Shown here piece by piece: positions 37,988 through 48,973 of a DNA stretch of 64,000 nucleotides (position 1 is the first letter of the stretch; the number at the start of each line of letters is the position of its first letter). The notes beneath the pieces are model-generated. The model did no database searches, was not told the DNA's origin, and saw nothing but the letters and a program-made list of their open reading frames with translations. Both the position numbers and the translations under genes were made by a program. The stretch comes from a virus, in IMG/VR virus record IMGVR_UViG_3300045988_118731, positions 1 to 64,000 of that record; one strand, written 5' to 3'.

Positions 37988-40900
37988 CTACTTGTAGCTA
38001 ACATCATCATCTCCTTCCGAATCAGGAGTAGCGCCGATGAAGAACATCATTGACTTGTTGTTCGTCTGCTGCCACCAATTATAGGCGCGCGCTACGTCTT
38101 CCGGCGTCTTGATGTTATACCATTGTTTGATAAACGTCTGTTTGGCGAGTTGCCTAAATAACTTAGACTCTCCTTTGTATGTGCCGGATGTTACTTTATC
38201 AAGTGAGTAATTCCTAAGATCAGTAAGATCCTTCAACTTCCGCCCCATGACAAACGGGTCGTTAATGATATCTACAACGTTAAGCTCCATAATAAACGGC
38301 ATCTGTGAAGCTATTTCGTTTATGGTTCTGAATCCGACATAGGATCCAAATTGAGTAAGCCAACTTTCTTCGTTTTCATCATCATCACGCCATCCGGCAA
38401 GAAGCATGGATACGGCTTGCATGATAAGGAACGTGCCGGCATAGACACTGAGACGTTTTATATTGGTTTTCTCTACCTCATTCATATTGTCTTTATTTTC
38501 GTTCCAGGCATCTATGATGTTTTTCATACCAGACTCGGAAGCTAAGCTAAATGTTTTGGCTATCATATTCTTTAACGTAATTGACAGTCCTTCCTCTTCT
38601 TGCATTGTCTGGAAATTGAAGCCACGTCTTTTCCACAGACGTTGAGCCGCCAGCACCAACCATCCTCGGTGGGCGGTCATGAACCTGGCTATCCAGTTGC
38701 GCGATGCGGCAGTTCGGTTTTCTTCATTCAAAGATCCGTTACATATCTGCGACAAGCTACGAACTTGATTTCTGGTTATAGCCATCTGGGTTTCAACTTC
38801 CTCAACAGTAACACCCGATCCTGGCTTTACAACCACCTTCCCATCCACGACGTCTACCATACTCCATAAAGTACGATCTTTTAATGCATTCCATTCTCTT
38901 TTTATGGTACTCTGTTCTTTATTACGTTCTTTTTCCATCTTGAAATCTTGGAACGTGTAGAACCGGCCTTTGTAATAACGAACATTGTCCATAGTAGCAA
39001 TCATAACCTGCGGATCAAGAGGGTAGTTCAGGATTTCCATAAAAGCATACATAGGCGAACGCATTAAGGTCCTGGCCGCTCTATTGTATCCGGCACCATA
39101 CATACGATTTCGGATATTGAATATCCCCATTCTCTCACCTATGACATATAATTTGCTTTTCCTATCTATGTCTCCGGTTTCTGCTATACAAGATGGCGCA
39201 AGACGTGAAAACTCAGCCGATGCGTATTTAAGGGAGTCTTTGCTTATATACTGTCCTACGGCAGATTCCATGATGAGGTTGATATGACCTGTCAGGGCGC
39301 CGGTAGCTGCCACAAACGGAGACAGTGCCAAGTTCATGACCGACATAAATCTTTCAACAGCCATCATAATTCTTGTAAGGTCTACCGTATATCCTCCGAT
39401 GTTCACCGTAAGTTTTTTGGTGTTCATCCTAATGCCATAATAATGATCGTTGAAGAAGTCCCTGAACATCTGATACGCTTGGGTTGCTTCAGCCTTCTTA
39501 CCGCCTTCAAATTGTTTATTCAGTAACATCTGCTCCAGTCCTTGGGCAAGCTCTATAGACTTCTGCTTTTCGTTATATAACGATGACTGCATCATAAGCA
39601 TAGAATAAGAGTAGCCAAAATCGTGAGATACATCATCTTGGTTCTCCAATTCATATATGTAGTATTTGGGTATAGACCTAAGTCTGTCTTCCGGATCATA
39701 TACTTCCCCTTGTCTGGTTTTACCGTATAAAGAATCGTCTACTCTGTCCAGGCACAGATCTGATACAAAATTACGAACCGTATTTTTGAAGTTAATACCC
39801 AATCCTTCTATACGTTCTATATCTTGTTTTGATATCTGTGGAATAGCATACAGGTTCGGGCTCTGCTCTTTGTATAGATCAAGTGATTGTCTTTTTATTT
39901 CCTTGAGTTTTTGAATCATATTCCACTGATCTACGTTTTTAGTAGCAACTTCATTACCGTCAGCATCATACTTGATACCAAAGTCATTGAAATACGATTC
40001 ATCACGATACAGGCTTTTCTTAGGCATGCGATGACCATACCCATGATCTTTTACATAATCAGGATTACGGCCGCTATTTTCGGCTTCAGATTCAGCCACC
40101 CATGCCCTTGCAGGATCGAAAGACAGGTACGATATGTCCATGCCATAATCTTGGGTGGATGTACCGTTTTGTACGTCCTTAACCATCTGCGCCACATCTA
40201 TCTCACCTCGACCTATTTTGTCGATCATGGCCGCATATCCGGTAGGCGCCATGCGTTTATAGTACGAAAAGACCTGGCTCCTGGCAAATTCATTAACAAT
40301 AGCATTGGTCTCTTCTATGCCCTCTTCTCTTGTATTATTTAAAAACAAGCTGGCCATCTTAGCATTAACAGCATTCCTGAAATCTCTACCGTCTAATTCT
40401 TTGCTTATACCAAGCTTTTCTGACAGGTAGTTGGTTTCAGATACGGTAAACAGATATCGGTTATCAGCAGCCTTAAACAGCTTATCCCTTAAAGCCTGAA
40501 TCCTTTTTGCTTTCTTCGCCGTAGTATGACGTTGTACGAACTTCCATTCCACTTCCTTGGAGTCAGCAAGAGCATTTAAATAAGACTGATTTACTTCGTT
40601 TTCGGCCTTACTGCTTTTAGTAAGGTACTTATCAATATCTTCAAGACCCACCATCTTAGCATAATCTATTAAGATAGCGTAATCAGCTTCAATAGCTTCA
40701 GATGCGGCCCTAAAAGCATCTCTTTCGGATGAGGTAAATGTCGCTTCGTTAATTTCTCCGATATCAGCCACATCGCGGTTGTTTCCGATTATTTCCTTGA
40801 TAATGGCCTTATTTTTTTCTATATCTTTCACAATAGAATCCACGTCAGTCGCATCTCTATCACTTGTCGTAGAACTAATGATATCATGCGCCATTTTGAG

Positions 40901-43900
40901 ATACGAAGCCTTGTTATTTGATTCGGTACGTGCCGACTGTTCCGATTCTACATCATTCCAAAACCGATCATTAAATGACAGGTGACCTCCCAACATAAGT
41001 GCCTTCAACGCAGCTTCTCCTCCTGACTCGTTCTGAATCGTTCTTAATTTTTGCAAAAACGATTCTGATACGGAATTAGTGGCATTATTTGATTCTTTTC
41101 TCCAAACTTCATTTATGGCTTGTATTTCTTTGGCCATCTTAAGTTGGTCGCCGGTTTTTTCAACACGTCTGGTCCCTACATATATGTATTCCGAAGCTGC
41201 TTCCTTACGTTGTTTACGAAGCAGTCCTTCTTCTTCGTAGTTACTACTCTTATAGTAGGCAACCTCATCAAAATTACCACCGCTATCAATAAAAGGCTGC
41301 CTCAATATCCGTTTTTGCCGGGATAAGGCATTAAGGTATTCTTTGGTTGTTTGAGAAACCGGATGTCCTAATTCTTCTTCAGCCTTTTTGTATATGGATT
41401 CCATTCTTGTGGCGTAACTTTCACTAAATTCCAATTCTGAATTTTCAGCATCCCACTTTTCCATCTGCTCCGTATAGATCTTTTCCTGCTCGATGGTAAA
41501 AATATCGGTATTAACCCTGTCAGATGAGGGCTTAAATTTAGCGTTTTCAGTAACCGTATTTCCGTCCTTGTCAACTACTTCTCTTTTAAATACGTAATTA
41601 CGATTATTGTCAACCACATCATTGATTTCTCCTTCTGATATTTCTATGTTCATGGCAGCCGCAAACGCACGCATCTGTGCCAGTTTCTTATTACGATCGT
41701 ATTTAGCCATATCAAGAGCACTGCGAAGGTAATTAGAAGTTTTGCCATCTACTTTCTGAAGCAGTTTTTCAAATTCAGATTTGTTAAAACCATGCTTTTT
41801 AGCATATGCCAGGAAGTCGGATATGGCGGGCTGAGCATTCACCATCGCATTGTAATTGTCTTTGGCAATCATAGCTCCAAGAGCGTTATTGAACGGACTG
41901 GAAGAATGCTCTAATATACCGAACCACCTACTTATCCAAGAGACATCATGTTGAACTTTGTCAAAAAATTCTTTTACTCTCTTTACCTTATCTGCCGGCA
42001 CATGAAGTTCGTTCATTAACTTATCAAGCAACGTGCTTTCATCAAGGTCTTGTACTGATTTAATATCAGACTGAATACCATTAATGTCGGCAATGACGGT
42101 ATTAATCCTATTTGTATAATCCTGCTTTTCACGTTCATCAAATTCGGTACTTCTGTTACGGATATATCCTCGAAGATCGTTCATGATCGGAAGAACCTGA
42201 TTGTTGATAATATCTACGTTCTTTCGATCATTGGTATTGAAGTGAAGCTTACCATCTTTGGTATCACCATGAAGGATGGTGTTCACCACATTGCTTAAGT
42301 ATCTGACCTGAGCTTCGGCTGTGGAGATCATGCTGTTCATGGCAGCCGCCATCTCATTCTTGTCTATTTCGGTCTCTACTTTATTTATCTTATCTTCTAT
42401 GGTCTTAAGCTGAGCAAGGGTCATAGACGTAGTTACAGCCCTATCAGAGCTTATCTGACGTAAGTCTCGTAACGTCTTTCTCAGTGCCCGGATCTTAGAC
42501 TCAAGAAACTTGTTCTTGTTCATAGAAGAAAGGGAGTATAATGTAAAGTCATTATCCTTTAACAGAGAGGTGTCAAATCCTTTATCTATGTCAGTAATGG
42601 CAAGATCACGAATGTTTTTAATAACGTTATTCAAATCTTGTCTTTGAGTAGATAAAGCTGATTTAAGCCAGCTTACTATTCCAGAGAGAAGCTGCCGGAC
42701 GCGCCCCAGGAAGGAGGTGGGCTCTACCGGCGCCTGTGCTGTGCCGGCCTGCATCTCCCTGGCGAGGATCTTTCCGAGAATTTCTCTCCTAACAGCATTA
42801 TCAAGCTCAGCTCCTTCATATACTTTACCGTATGTATTATAATACTGACCTGCATACTGGTTCCACTCTTCCGTACCTTCTACATCTTGCAGAACAGCCT
42901 CAACAGCATTCTGATCTCTGTATGCCTCTACAAGGAAGTGGGATGTTTCTTCTACTAAATCAGATAAAGTAGCATCTTCACCAACTGCTATTACGTTATT
43001 GGCAATATCCGCCAATGCCTTAGCAGAAGGTTCGTGCCCGTATTTGGTTTGGTACTTCTCTATATAGTCGGTCATACCTATGACACTAACGCCAAGAGTT
43101 TTCAGTATCTCTACAATAGAATTTCGTTGGTCACGTTCCTGCCTGCTATAATCCGATACGATCTTAGCTTTAGTATCAGCATAAAGATCGTTGTCTTCTA
43201 ATATGAATGAAACTACAAGCGCATCAAAATGATCGTACTTGGCGTCCAATTCATTGTATCTTCCCGACTTAAGATCGTTCTTTATCTGTTCCCTACTAAC
43301 CCTTTCCGTTCCCCCGGTGGCGAGTCTCATAGTTACCTTACTATTATCCAACGAGCTTATGGTTATCATACCCTGGTCGTTCATGGAAACATCGGAACCA
43401 AAATGATTACGGAGCTCGGTGTAGGATAAGGCTGAGTTGAAAAGTCTAATTTGTCCTGTATGACCTTCTCCTGTAAGATAATAGCTCCTTGTTTCAGGAT
43501 CGAATATCTTGGATCCGGACAAAAGATCTTTCTTTATAAGGTAGTTAATTATTCCACCTTTTGTTGATAAAGAAGTAGAAGCAGAAGCGGTCATGACCGG
43601 TATAAAAGACTTGGGATTATTAAGAACATACTTTCCAGCCTTGTAAGTAATGTCTGCCACGCCATCCACGGTAGATTCTTGAACGGTGCCTGATAAGAAT
43701 CCTATTCTGATATCATTCCCGCCAGAGCGAAGAGCTTCTCCGTAATCTTCAAATAATTGACTACGATCGTTCATGAAAAACAAACGAGGCTCTCCGGTCT
43801 GATACGTTACACCCACAGGATTAGAATCTGTCTGTGGTAACTCTTCTGGACTAAATATCTTAAGACCGTCTTTTATAACCATATAATTAACACCCTTATC

Positions 43901-44410
43901 CTGTACCATGGATACGGGAGTAAAGTCCGAAGATATAGCATCTTGTAGATACTGTCCGGCGTCTATTCCCGGTCCTTCCGGTACAGAAATACTTGACGGA
44001 ACCATAGCATCCACCAACATAATATTATCACCCAGATCTTGGCTATAGAATCCGAAGCCTGATTCTTGAATCCCATAAGTTGCATCTGATTTTGATACAA
44101 GAACAGGATTACTCATCTTAGAAGCCTTATCCAGCACCCTTTCTCTATAAGCTTCCGGAATAAGATCGATGTTGGATTTCACCTTATTGTAGGCCTGTTT
44201 ATTGATAGGCACTCTCTTTCTCCAGTCGCCAAAAGCCTTTAAGAACTTATTAGAAAATACGGTTTTAAAAACAGTAGTAGCCCGTTCCCTGTTCTCCATA
44301 AGAGGAATAGATGCTATTTTATCAAATAACATAGACCTGTCCCCTGATCTGGTAGAGACAGAAACAACTTTCTTTTTATTATCTCTTTTAATAATACACG
44401 TTGATGCCAT
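37988..44410 (-). CDS. giant 2140-aa hypothetical virion-associated protein
   Basis: uninterrupted 6.4-kb ORF in an AT-rich genome; no domain recognised by eye. Confidence 0.9.
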   Translation of the reverse strand: MASTCIIKRDNKKKVVSVSTRSGDRSMLFDKIASIPLMENRERATTVFKTVFSNKFLKAFGDWRKRVPINKQAYNKVKSNIDLIPEAYRERVLDKASKMSNPVLVSKSDATYGIQESGFGFYSQDLGDNIMLVDAMVPSSISVPEGPGIDAGQYLQDAISSDFTPVSMVQDKGVNYMVIKDGLKIFSPEELPQTDSNPVGVTYQTGEPRLFFMNDRSQLFEDYGEALRSGGNDIRIGFLSGTVQESTVDGVADITYKAGKYVLNNPKSFIPVMTASASTSLSTKGGIINYLIKKDLLSGSKIFDPETRSYYLTGEGHTGQIRLFNSALSYTELRNHFGSDVSMNDQGMITISSLDNSKVTMRLATGGTERVSREQIKNDLKSGRYNELDAKYDHFDALVVSFILEDNDLYADTKAKIVSDYSRQERDQRNSIVEILKTLGVSVIGMTDYIEKYQTKYGHEPSAKALADIANNVIAVGEDATLSDLVEETSHFLVEAYRDQNAVEAVLQDVEGTEEWNQYAGQYYNTYGKVYEGAELDNAVRREILGKILAREMQAGTAQAPVEPTSFLGRVRQLLSGIVSWLKSALSTQRQDLNNVIKNIRDLAITDIDKGFDTSLLKDNDFTLYSLSSMNKNKFLESKIRALRKTLRDLRQISSDRAVTTSMTLAQLKTIEDKINKVETEIDKNEMAAAMNSMISTAEAQVRYLSNVVNTILHGDTKDGKLHFNTNDRKNVDIINNQVLPIMNDLRGYIRNRSTEFDEREKQDYTNRINTVIADINGIQSDIKSVQDLDESTLLDKLMNELHVPADKVKRVKEFFDKVQHDVSWISRWFGILEHSSSPFNNALGAMIAKDNYNAMVNAQPAISDFLAYAKKHGFNKSEFEKLLQKVDGKTSNYLRSALDMAKYDRNKKLAQMRAFAAAMNIEISEGEINDVVDNNRNYVFKREVVDKDGNTVTENAKFKPSSDRVNTDIFTIEQEKIYTEQMEKWDAENSELEFSESYATRMESIYKKAEEELGHPVSQTTKEYLNALSRQKRILRQPFIDSGGNFDEVAYYKSSNYEEEGLLRKQRKEAASEYIYVGTRRVEKTGDQLKMAKEIQAINEVWRKESNNATNSVSESFLQKLRTIQNESGGEAALKALMLGGHLSFNDRFWNDVESEQSARTESNNKASYLKMAHDIISSTTSDRDATDVDSIVKDIEKNKAIIKEIIGNNRDVADIGEINEATFTSSERDAFRAASEAIEADYAILIDYAKMVGLEDIDKYLTKSSKAENEVNQSYLNALADSKEVEWKFVQRHTTAKKAKRIQALRDKLFKAADNRYLFTVSETNYLSEKLGISKELDGRDFRNAVNAKMASLFLNNTREEGIEETNAIVNEFARSQVFSYYKRMAPTGYAAMIDKIGRGEIDVAQMVKDVQNGTSTQDYGMDISYLSFDPARAWVAESEAENSGRNPDYVKDHGYGHRMPKKSLYRDESYFNDFGIKYDADGNEVATKNVDQWNMIQKLKEIKRQSLDLYKEQSPNLYAIPQISKQDIERIEGLGINFKNTVRNFVSDLCLDRVDDSLYGKTRQGEVYDPEDRLRSIPKYYIYELENQDDVSHDFGYSYSMLMMQSSLYNEKQKSIELAQGLEQMLLNKQFEGGKKAEATQAYQMFRDFFNDHYYGIRMNTKKLTVNIGGYTVDLTRIMMAVERFMSVMNLALSPFVAATGALTGHINLIMESAVGQYISKDSLKYASAEFSRLAPSCIAETGDIDRKSKLYVIGERMGIFNIRNRMYGAGYNRAARTLMRSPMYAFMEILNYPLDPQVMIATMDNVRYYKGRFYTFQDFKMEKERNKEQSTIKREWNALKDRTLWSMVDVVDGKVVVKPGSGVTVEEVETQMAITRNQVRSLSQICNGSLNEENRTAASRNWIARFMTAHRGWLVLAAQRLWKRRGFNFQTMQEEEGLSITLKNMIAKTFSLASESGMKNIIDAWNENKDNMNEVEKTNIKRLSVYAGTFLIMQAVSMLLAGWRDDDENEESWLTQFGSYVGFRTINEIASQMPFIMELNVVDIINDPFVMGRKLKDLTDLRNYSLDKVTSGTYKGESKLFRQLAKQTFIKQWYNIKTPEDVARAYNWWQQTNNKSMMFFIGATPDSEGDDDVSYK

Positions 44411-44433
44411 AATAAAACATTTTTGTTATGAGA

Positions 44434-44441
44434 CAAAGGTA
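44434..44441 (-). promoter_or_regulatory. Bacteroidota-type -7 promoter element TAccTTTG (TAnnTTTG) upstream of giant gene
   Basis: minus-strand tacctttg about 24-31 nt upstream of ATG at 44410; -33 element not clear. Confidence 0.35.
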
Positions 44442-44470
44442 GTTAAAAATCAAGCATATCATAAAAAATA

Positions 44471-44500
44471 AAGCCACCTAACTTCTCAGTCTGATGGCTT
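44471..44500 (-). terminator. terminator for upstream minus-strand small-gene block (aagcca ... tggctt, T-tract on minus strand)
   Basis: hairpin plus rc(aaaaaataa) T-run downstream in minus orientation. Confidence 0.5.
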
Positions 44501-44552
44501 AAAAATGATATGAAAAAAAATTATAATCTGACGAAAAATCGTCAAGTTCGGC

Positions 44553-44912
44553 TTATATGTAATGCATATACCCATCTCGGTGTATAAACCTTCCCGATTC
44601 AAAGCGCTCAATATCTTCAGGGCAAATAGGGCCCGAATCCTCTCTCCTGGCTTCAAACCAAAGCCCCGGCTTACGAAGTCGGCAAGTTATGATATAGTTG
44701 AAGCAATTGTGCGTAAAATGGAAAACAGATCCTACAGGGAAATACCTATCAGCTTGAAATACGATTCTTTTTCGTTTAGTATCAAACGTGATATCTCCTA
44801 CTATCTTAGCCACGTAATAGCTTCTGCCATTTAACGTTTCATCTGTTTGTGGTATCCAATAATAACCTCTTGCCATGCCACAAATATATAAAAAAAAAGT
44901 CGGACAAGACAC
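44553..44912 (-). CDS. hypothetical protein
   Basis: ORF. Confidence 0.5.
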   Translation of the reverse strand: MSCPTFFLYICGMARGYYWIPQTDETLNGRSYYVAKIVGDITFDTKRKRIVFQADRYFPVGSVFHFTHNCFNYIITCRLRKPGLWFEARREDSGPICPEDIERFESGRFIHRDGYMHYI

Positions 44913-45087
44913 ATGTCCGACTTTATATTACTTTGATTCATTTTCAAACCGCTTTATAAGAGAAGCAATATCATCACCACAAACAAACATCATTCGACGT
45001 TCTTCTTTTGGTTTATGAGACACTGGGATGGTTTTGTTTATCTTAATCTGATTCGCCAGACCTCTGCCTAAACGAATATCAACTTTT

Positions 45088-45405
45088 TTACCTTTCATGA
45101 ATTATTTGTTTAAACAGACCAATTCCATCTATTATAATATGACCGCTTTGCATACGACCATTATTAGGATTATGTAGAAAATTGAAACCACTTTCTTTTT
45201 CCTGTCTTTCAAAAGAACTGATATCCTTTCCTCTACGGGCTCTTTCAAAAGCTTTCTTGAACAACTTGCCTCTAAAGGTCTTGACAAGGATCTTGGTAGC
45301 GTTATTGCCGGCTTTTACCATTGCTTTCCTTGCCTGGTCCTCCGAGACAAAACTGCTTCGGAAAATATACGATGCTGCTGCTTGTATGTCCTGCTTGGTA
45401 ATCAT
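45088..45405 (-). CDS. hypothetical protein
   Basis: ORF. Confidence 0.45.
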   Translation of the reverse strand: MITKQDIQAAASYIFRSSFVSEDQARKAMVKAGNNATKILVKTFRGKLFKKAFERARRGKDISSFERQEKESGFNFLHNPNNGRMQSGHIIIDGIGLFKQIIHER

Positions 45406-45752
45406 ATGATAAACATTTCTTTCAGAATACTGATCTTTATTCCGTATATCAATTTCATCTCATCTCTATCATATACGTCAAAAAAGGATTCACTGGGGTC
45501 CTTTGGATTTACGTTCAATTGAATTATGCAATTACCGGTATAAACCTTAATTCCGTAATTATCAGAGTATATATCCTGCATAGTCTCAAATGTCTCAATT
45601 AAATTTTCAACAAGTACTCTGTTAAATGAAAAAGATTCTTTACCATCACCTTTAAATGTGATATGATCTAAATCCCTGTTGTCAAATTCATACTTTAATT
45701 GATTGCCGTCCATCATATCATAAGATATTGACTTTCTGATTATAAATCCCAT
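45402..45752 (-). CDS. hypothetical protein
   Basis: ORF. Confidence 0.5.
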   Translation of the reverse strand: MGFIIRKSISYDMMDGNQLKYEFDNRDLDHITFKGDGKESFSFNRVLVENLIETFETMQDIYSDNYGIKVYTGNCIIQLNVNPKDPSESFFDVYDRDEMKLIYGIKISILKEMFII

Positions 45753-45769
45753 ATTGTTTTATTTTTTAG

Positions 45770-46075
45770 TTAATACAAATCTTCTGAATACAACTGTTCT
45801 CTAATGGCACTCCTATCTACTACCATTTCCTGATTATTGTTTCTAACAAGTTCAGACGCTTCCTCTCTTGTTAAAAACCGGTTCTTGCTTGTCAAAAATC
45901 CTTGAACACTGCGGTTTTTATGGGCTATACCGTATGCCGCAAGTTGAGATAGTATAGAGGGGTGTCTCAATCCACAAAATACGGTTCCAGATGGTATATT
46001 TACTGGACCGTGAGGCTTGTTCTTGTGATCTTGAACCCATATAGCTGCACATACAACAATTTCCTTATCACACAT
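45770..46075 (-). CDS. hypothetical protein
   Basis: ORF. Confidence 0.5.
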   Translation of the reverse strand: MCDKEIVVCAAIWVQDHKNKPHGPVNIPSGTVFCGLRHPSILSQLAAYGIAHKNRSVQGFLTSKNRFLTREEASELVRNNNQEMVVDRSAIREQLYSEDLY

Positions 46076-46078
46076 AAT

Positions 46079-46354
46079 TTACATATTTAAAATACCGTTT
46101 TTACCAATATGCTTCTTTTCTTCTTCAGTAGGCCATTCTTTCTTGAACCTACCATGCCACGTTCCAGGAACCACCACCAGTTTATCATCCTTATCATATT
46201 CAATAGCGGCGCATTCAGAACAAAGAGGCTTGCCTTCATATCCCTTTAGCGACTTATCGTAAATACGATTCTTACAAGGTCTTATAATAGCCCAGTAACA
46301 TGATGTGGCTGTATTATCTATACAGCCACACTTTGAACATACAAACAAACTCAT
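46079..46354 (-). CDS. zinc-ribbon protein (CSKCGC ... CSEC)
   Basis: ORF. Confidence 0.5.
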   Translation of the reverse strand: MSLFVCSKCGCIDNTATSCYWAIIRPCKNRIYDKSLKGYEGKPLCSECAAIEYDKDDKLVVVPGTWHGRFKKEWPTEEEKKHIGKNGILNM

Positions 46355-47091
46355 CCCGCAATCTCCCAGTCATTAGACATAATATCATGTTCGGTTGGAT
46401 TCCAATTTGATGCTACTTTTTGACCTGTATCTATCATCAATATATTTACGTCAAACATACAGATATACTTTTTACCCCAATCGATTCTTTTTATCTTACG
46501 ACCTAATTTAAGCCGTTCTAAAGCCTGTTCGAATGTCATGCCATGACGAGGCAGTTTGAGATACTTTTCAAGTCTGTCGGAGGCTTCATTTGGTGTATGG
46601 CCATCGTATTCGAAAGCGGTTTCTCTTTCAGGAACATCAAACAAATCCCAGTATTTGCTTTCATAGTGATTAGATACCTGACCGGTAGGTAGGATCGCCA
46701 TCACAATAAACCAATCATCAGAACCGAAGCATTTTTCTCCGTCGCTGTGTCTCCTTGATTTGCAAACTTCAACCTGTCCGCTTCTGGCTAATAGATTAAA
46801 GAAGGCAGCGTTATACAACATGCGATACCGATACAATTCATTGAAAGTGTGGTATCCGTCAGAGACTTCTCCCACGTCTACAGGTTCTGCTTTAGGTTCA
46901 GGATGATTCGGATAGCAGTAGTCCACTGATGCTTCTAACACTGACTTTACGTGTTCTATTATCCTCGCAACATCATCATGTTTAAAAAAATGCTTAAATC
47001 TTTCAACGAATTTAATATCTTCTTCGATTGTTGATTCGAACTCTTCTTTTGTCATTACTCTAACCACATCTTTAAAATCTTTTAATTCCAT
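46351..47091 (-). CDS. hypothetical protein
   Basis: ORF. Confidence 0.55.
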   Translation of the reverse strand: MELKDFKDVVRVMTKEEFESTIEEDIKFVERFKHFFKHDDVARIIEHVKSVLEASVDYCYPNHPEPKAEPVDVGEVSDGYHTFNELYRYRMLYNAAFFNLLARSGQVEVCKSRRHSDGEKCFGSDDWFIVMAILPTGQVSNHYESKYWDLFDVPERETAFEYDGHTPNEASDRLEKYLKLPRHGMTFEQALERLKLGRKIKRIDWGKKYICMFDVNILMIDTGQKVASNWNPTEHDIMSNDWEIAG

Positions 47092-47114
47092 GATTTGTTT
47101 TAAATTAATTGTTA

Positions 47115-47750
47115 CTATACTTTCTTTATCCTACAATACAAACCCCACAAAAACTCAGCGGAGAAACTATCCCATACATTATTCTTCTGCCAAAGTTCTA
47201 CTTTGTTAACAAACCAAGACCATGTGGGACCCTCATATGAAGAATCAGATGATGATCCCAATCCGATTTTCTCCATTTCATTCGCCACATCAGAATAAGG
47301 ATCTAAATCGACTCCCCTAATCATGTTAATAATATCATCCTTGTCTAACGTAAATTGAAACCGCTCCTTGTTAGTAGGCGGATCTTGATTCAATTTACCA
47401 GTCGCAAGCCATTCTCCATCATGATACAATTCGGCAAGTTTCTTTACCTTATTTTTAAGAAAAGAATACTCTTGTGTGACTTCTATAAAATCAGCTTCGT
47501 TAGCTTCACCCTCTATGAAGATAACGGTTTTGCTTCCAGGTCTATGATCGTCTAAGCTTGCCGGGATCCCCAATATCGTCCATCCTTTAAACTCAGCTAT
47601 CTTAAAACGCATGACGTCAAATACCTTATAGAAATCATCACAATCTACAGATTCTATTACCTTAATATCCTCTTCTGTGAATTTACCTCGTATCGGAATA
47701 GCGTAATGACCAGGGCAGCCATCGGTTCCGAAATATGCGATTCTAACCAC
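47115..47750 (-). CDS. hypothetical protein
   Basis: ORF. Confidence 0.55.
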   Translation of the reverse strand: MVRIAYFGTDGCPGHYAIPIRGKFTEEDIKVIESVDCDDFYKVFDVMRFKIAEFKGWTILGIPASLDDHRPGSKTVIFIEGEANEADFIEVTQEYSFLKNKVKKLAELYHDGEWLATGKLNQDPPTNKERFQFTLDKDDIINMIRGVDLDPYSDVANEMEKIGLGSSSDSSYEGPTWSWFVNKVELWQKNNVWDSFSAEFLWGLYCRIKKV

Positions 47751-47982
47751 GATATTTACAATATTTTAATTTATTTTGCTAAAACATTCATATAACATGG
47801 CACATCTACCACATCTCTTCTACGAAGTCCCTTATCAAAATAGGAAACCATATAAGTATTTTTACCTTCGTGATCAGGTCTGGGATCAAAACATTCAAAA
47901 ACGAATCTTGTTATACCTTCCAAATGACCAAGCATGAAAACAAATTAGCCACTGTATCTTTTATTAGCCAATTCTTCTACAG

Positions 47983-48210
47983 TCATAATCTGTCCCCTCC
48001 TAATCCTGAATTGATGCTAACGTACTTAACACGGACATCATTTCCACGTCCAAGCTGACCCCAGCCGGGCGATGGCGTTCCCTTGGCCGGAGCAGGGACA
48101 GCCCTAAGCCGAGACCAGTCCTGCTTTTGCCTCATGGCTTCAGCCTCTTTGTAATACCGGTTACACAGTTCTTGATCTTCGTAACCAACGTAATCTTCCT
48201 TATTTTCCAT
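47983..48210 (-). CDS. hypothetical small protein
   Basis: ORF; weak. Confidence 0.3.
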   Translation of the reverse strand: MENKEDYVGYEDQELCNRYYKEAEAMRQKQDWSRLRAVPAPAKGTPSPGWGQLGRGNDVRVKYVSINSGLGGDRL

Positions 48211-48337
48211 ATAGAATACTTTTTCAACAAAAGTACGACATTCATGAATTAATTAGATTTAAAATAAAACAATATGAATTAAAATAAAAACCCGATACGT
48301 TAAAATCGCATCGGGCCTGGTATTGAAAAAAATAGGT

Positions 48338-48631
48338 TCAGATCTTGGGTAAAGATTCGAGCCAATTTTTAACATCTTTATATTTAGGGTCTTTGTCTAT
48401 TCTATCTTTCAGTTCATGCAATGCTGAGTCCATAACCGTATTCGGTACGCCAATCAACTCTCCTATTAAATACAATGGGGTTTTATTCGATTTAGATTCG
48501 TGTGCTATATTCATATCCAAAAAAAAAGTTATGTGAAACAAACCGGCCACGGGTATTCTATTGCCCGCCGACCGGTATAATATTTTTATTCCTTTTTTTC
48601 CAAACGGGAAAAACGGGAATGCGGGAATCAT
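48338..48631 (-). CDS. hypothetical small protein; N-terminal third looks like translated noncoding DNA, real start probably near MNIAHES (about 48511)
   Basis: ORF; composition. Confidence 0.35.
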   Translation of the reverse strand: MIPAFPFFPFGKKGIKILYRSAGNRIPVAGLFHITFFLDMNIAHESKSNKTPLYLIGELIGVPNTVMDSALHELKDRIDKDPKYKDVKNWLESLPKI

Positions 48632-48679
48632 ATTTTTTACTATGGCTCCCGCACCACCGGAAGGACCTGGATCTGGATC

Positions 48680-48973
48680 TCAGGTCAGATCCTTCCAGTT
48701 TATTTTTTCGCCGAGGTAATCTTGCACGGCAAGCCATCTTATAAAGGCTACTCCTTCGGGAGCATCCGGATCATCCAAATACATTAACGTAGCTTTCACC
48801 AACTCGTTCTCACATTTGAAGACCTTCGGAAAACCATCCGAATAGTACATTGCAAAGACATATTGGACATCGCCCCATGTCGCTTTATCCGGCTTCTTCG
48901 CTCCGCACTTTTCAAAAATATCTTTTATTTCCGGCTGCTTCCAGATCCTCTTGGATCCATCGACGTTGACCAT
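48680..48973 (-). CDS. hypothetical protein
   Basis: ORF. Confidence 0.5.
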   Translation of the reverse strand: MVNVDGSKRIWKQPEIKDIFEKCGAKKPDKATWGDVQYVFAMYYSDGFPKVFKCENELVKATLMYLDDPDAPEGVAFIRWLAVQDYLGEKINWKDLT

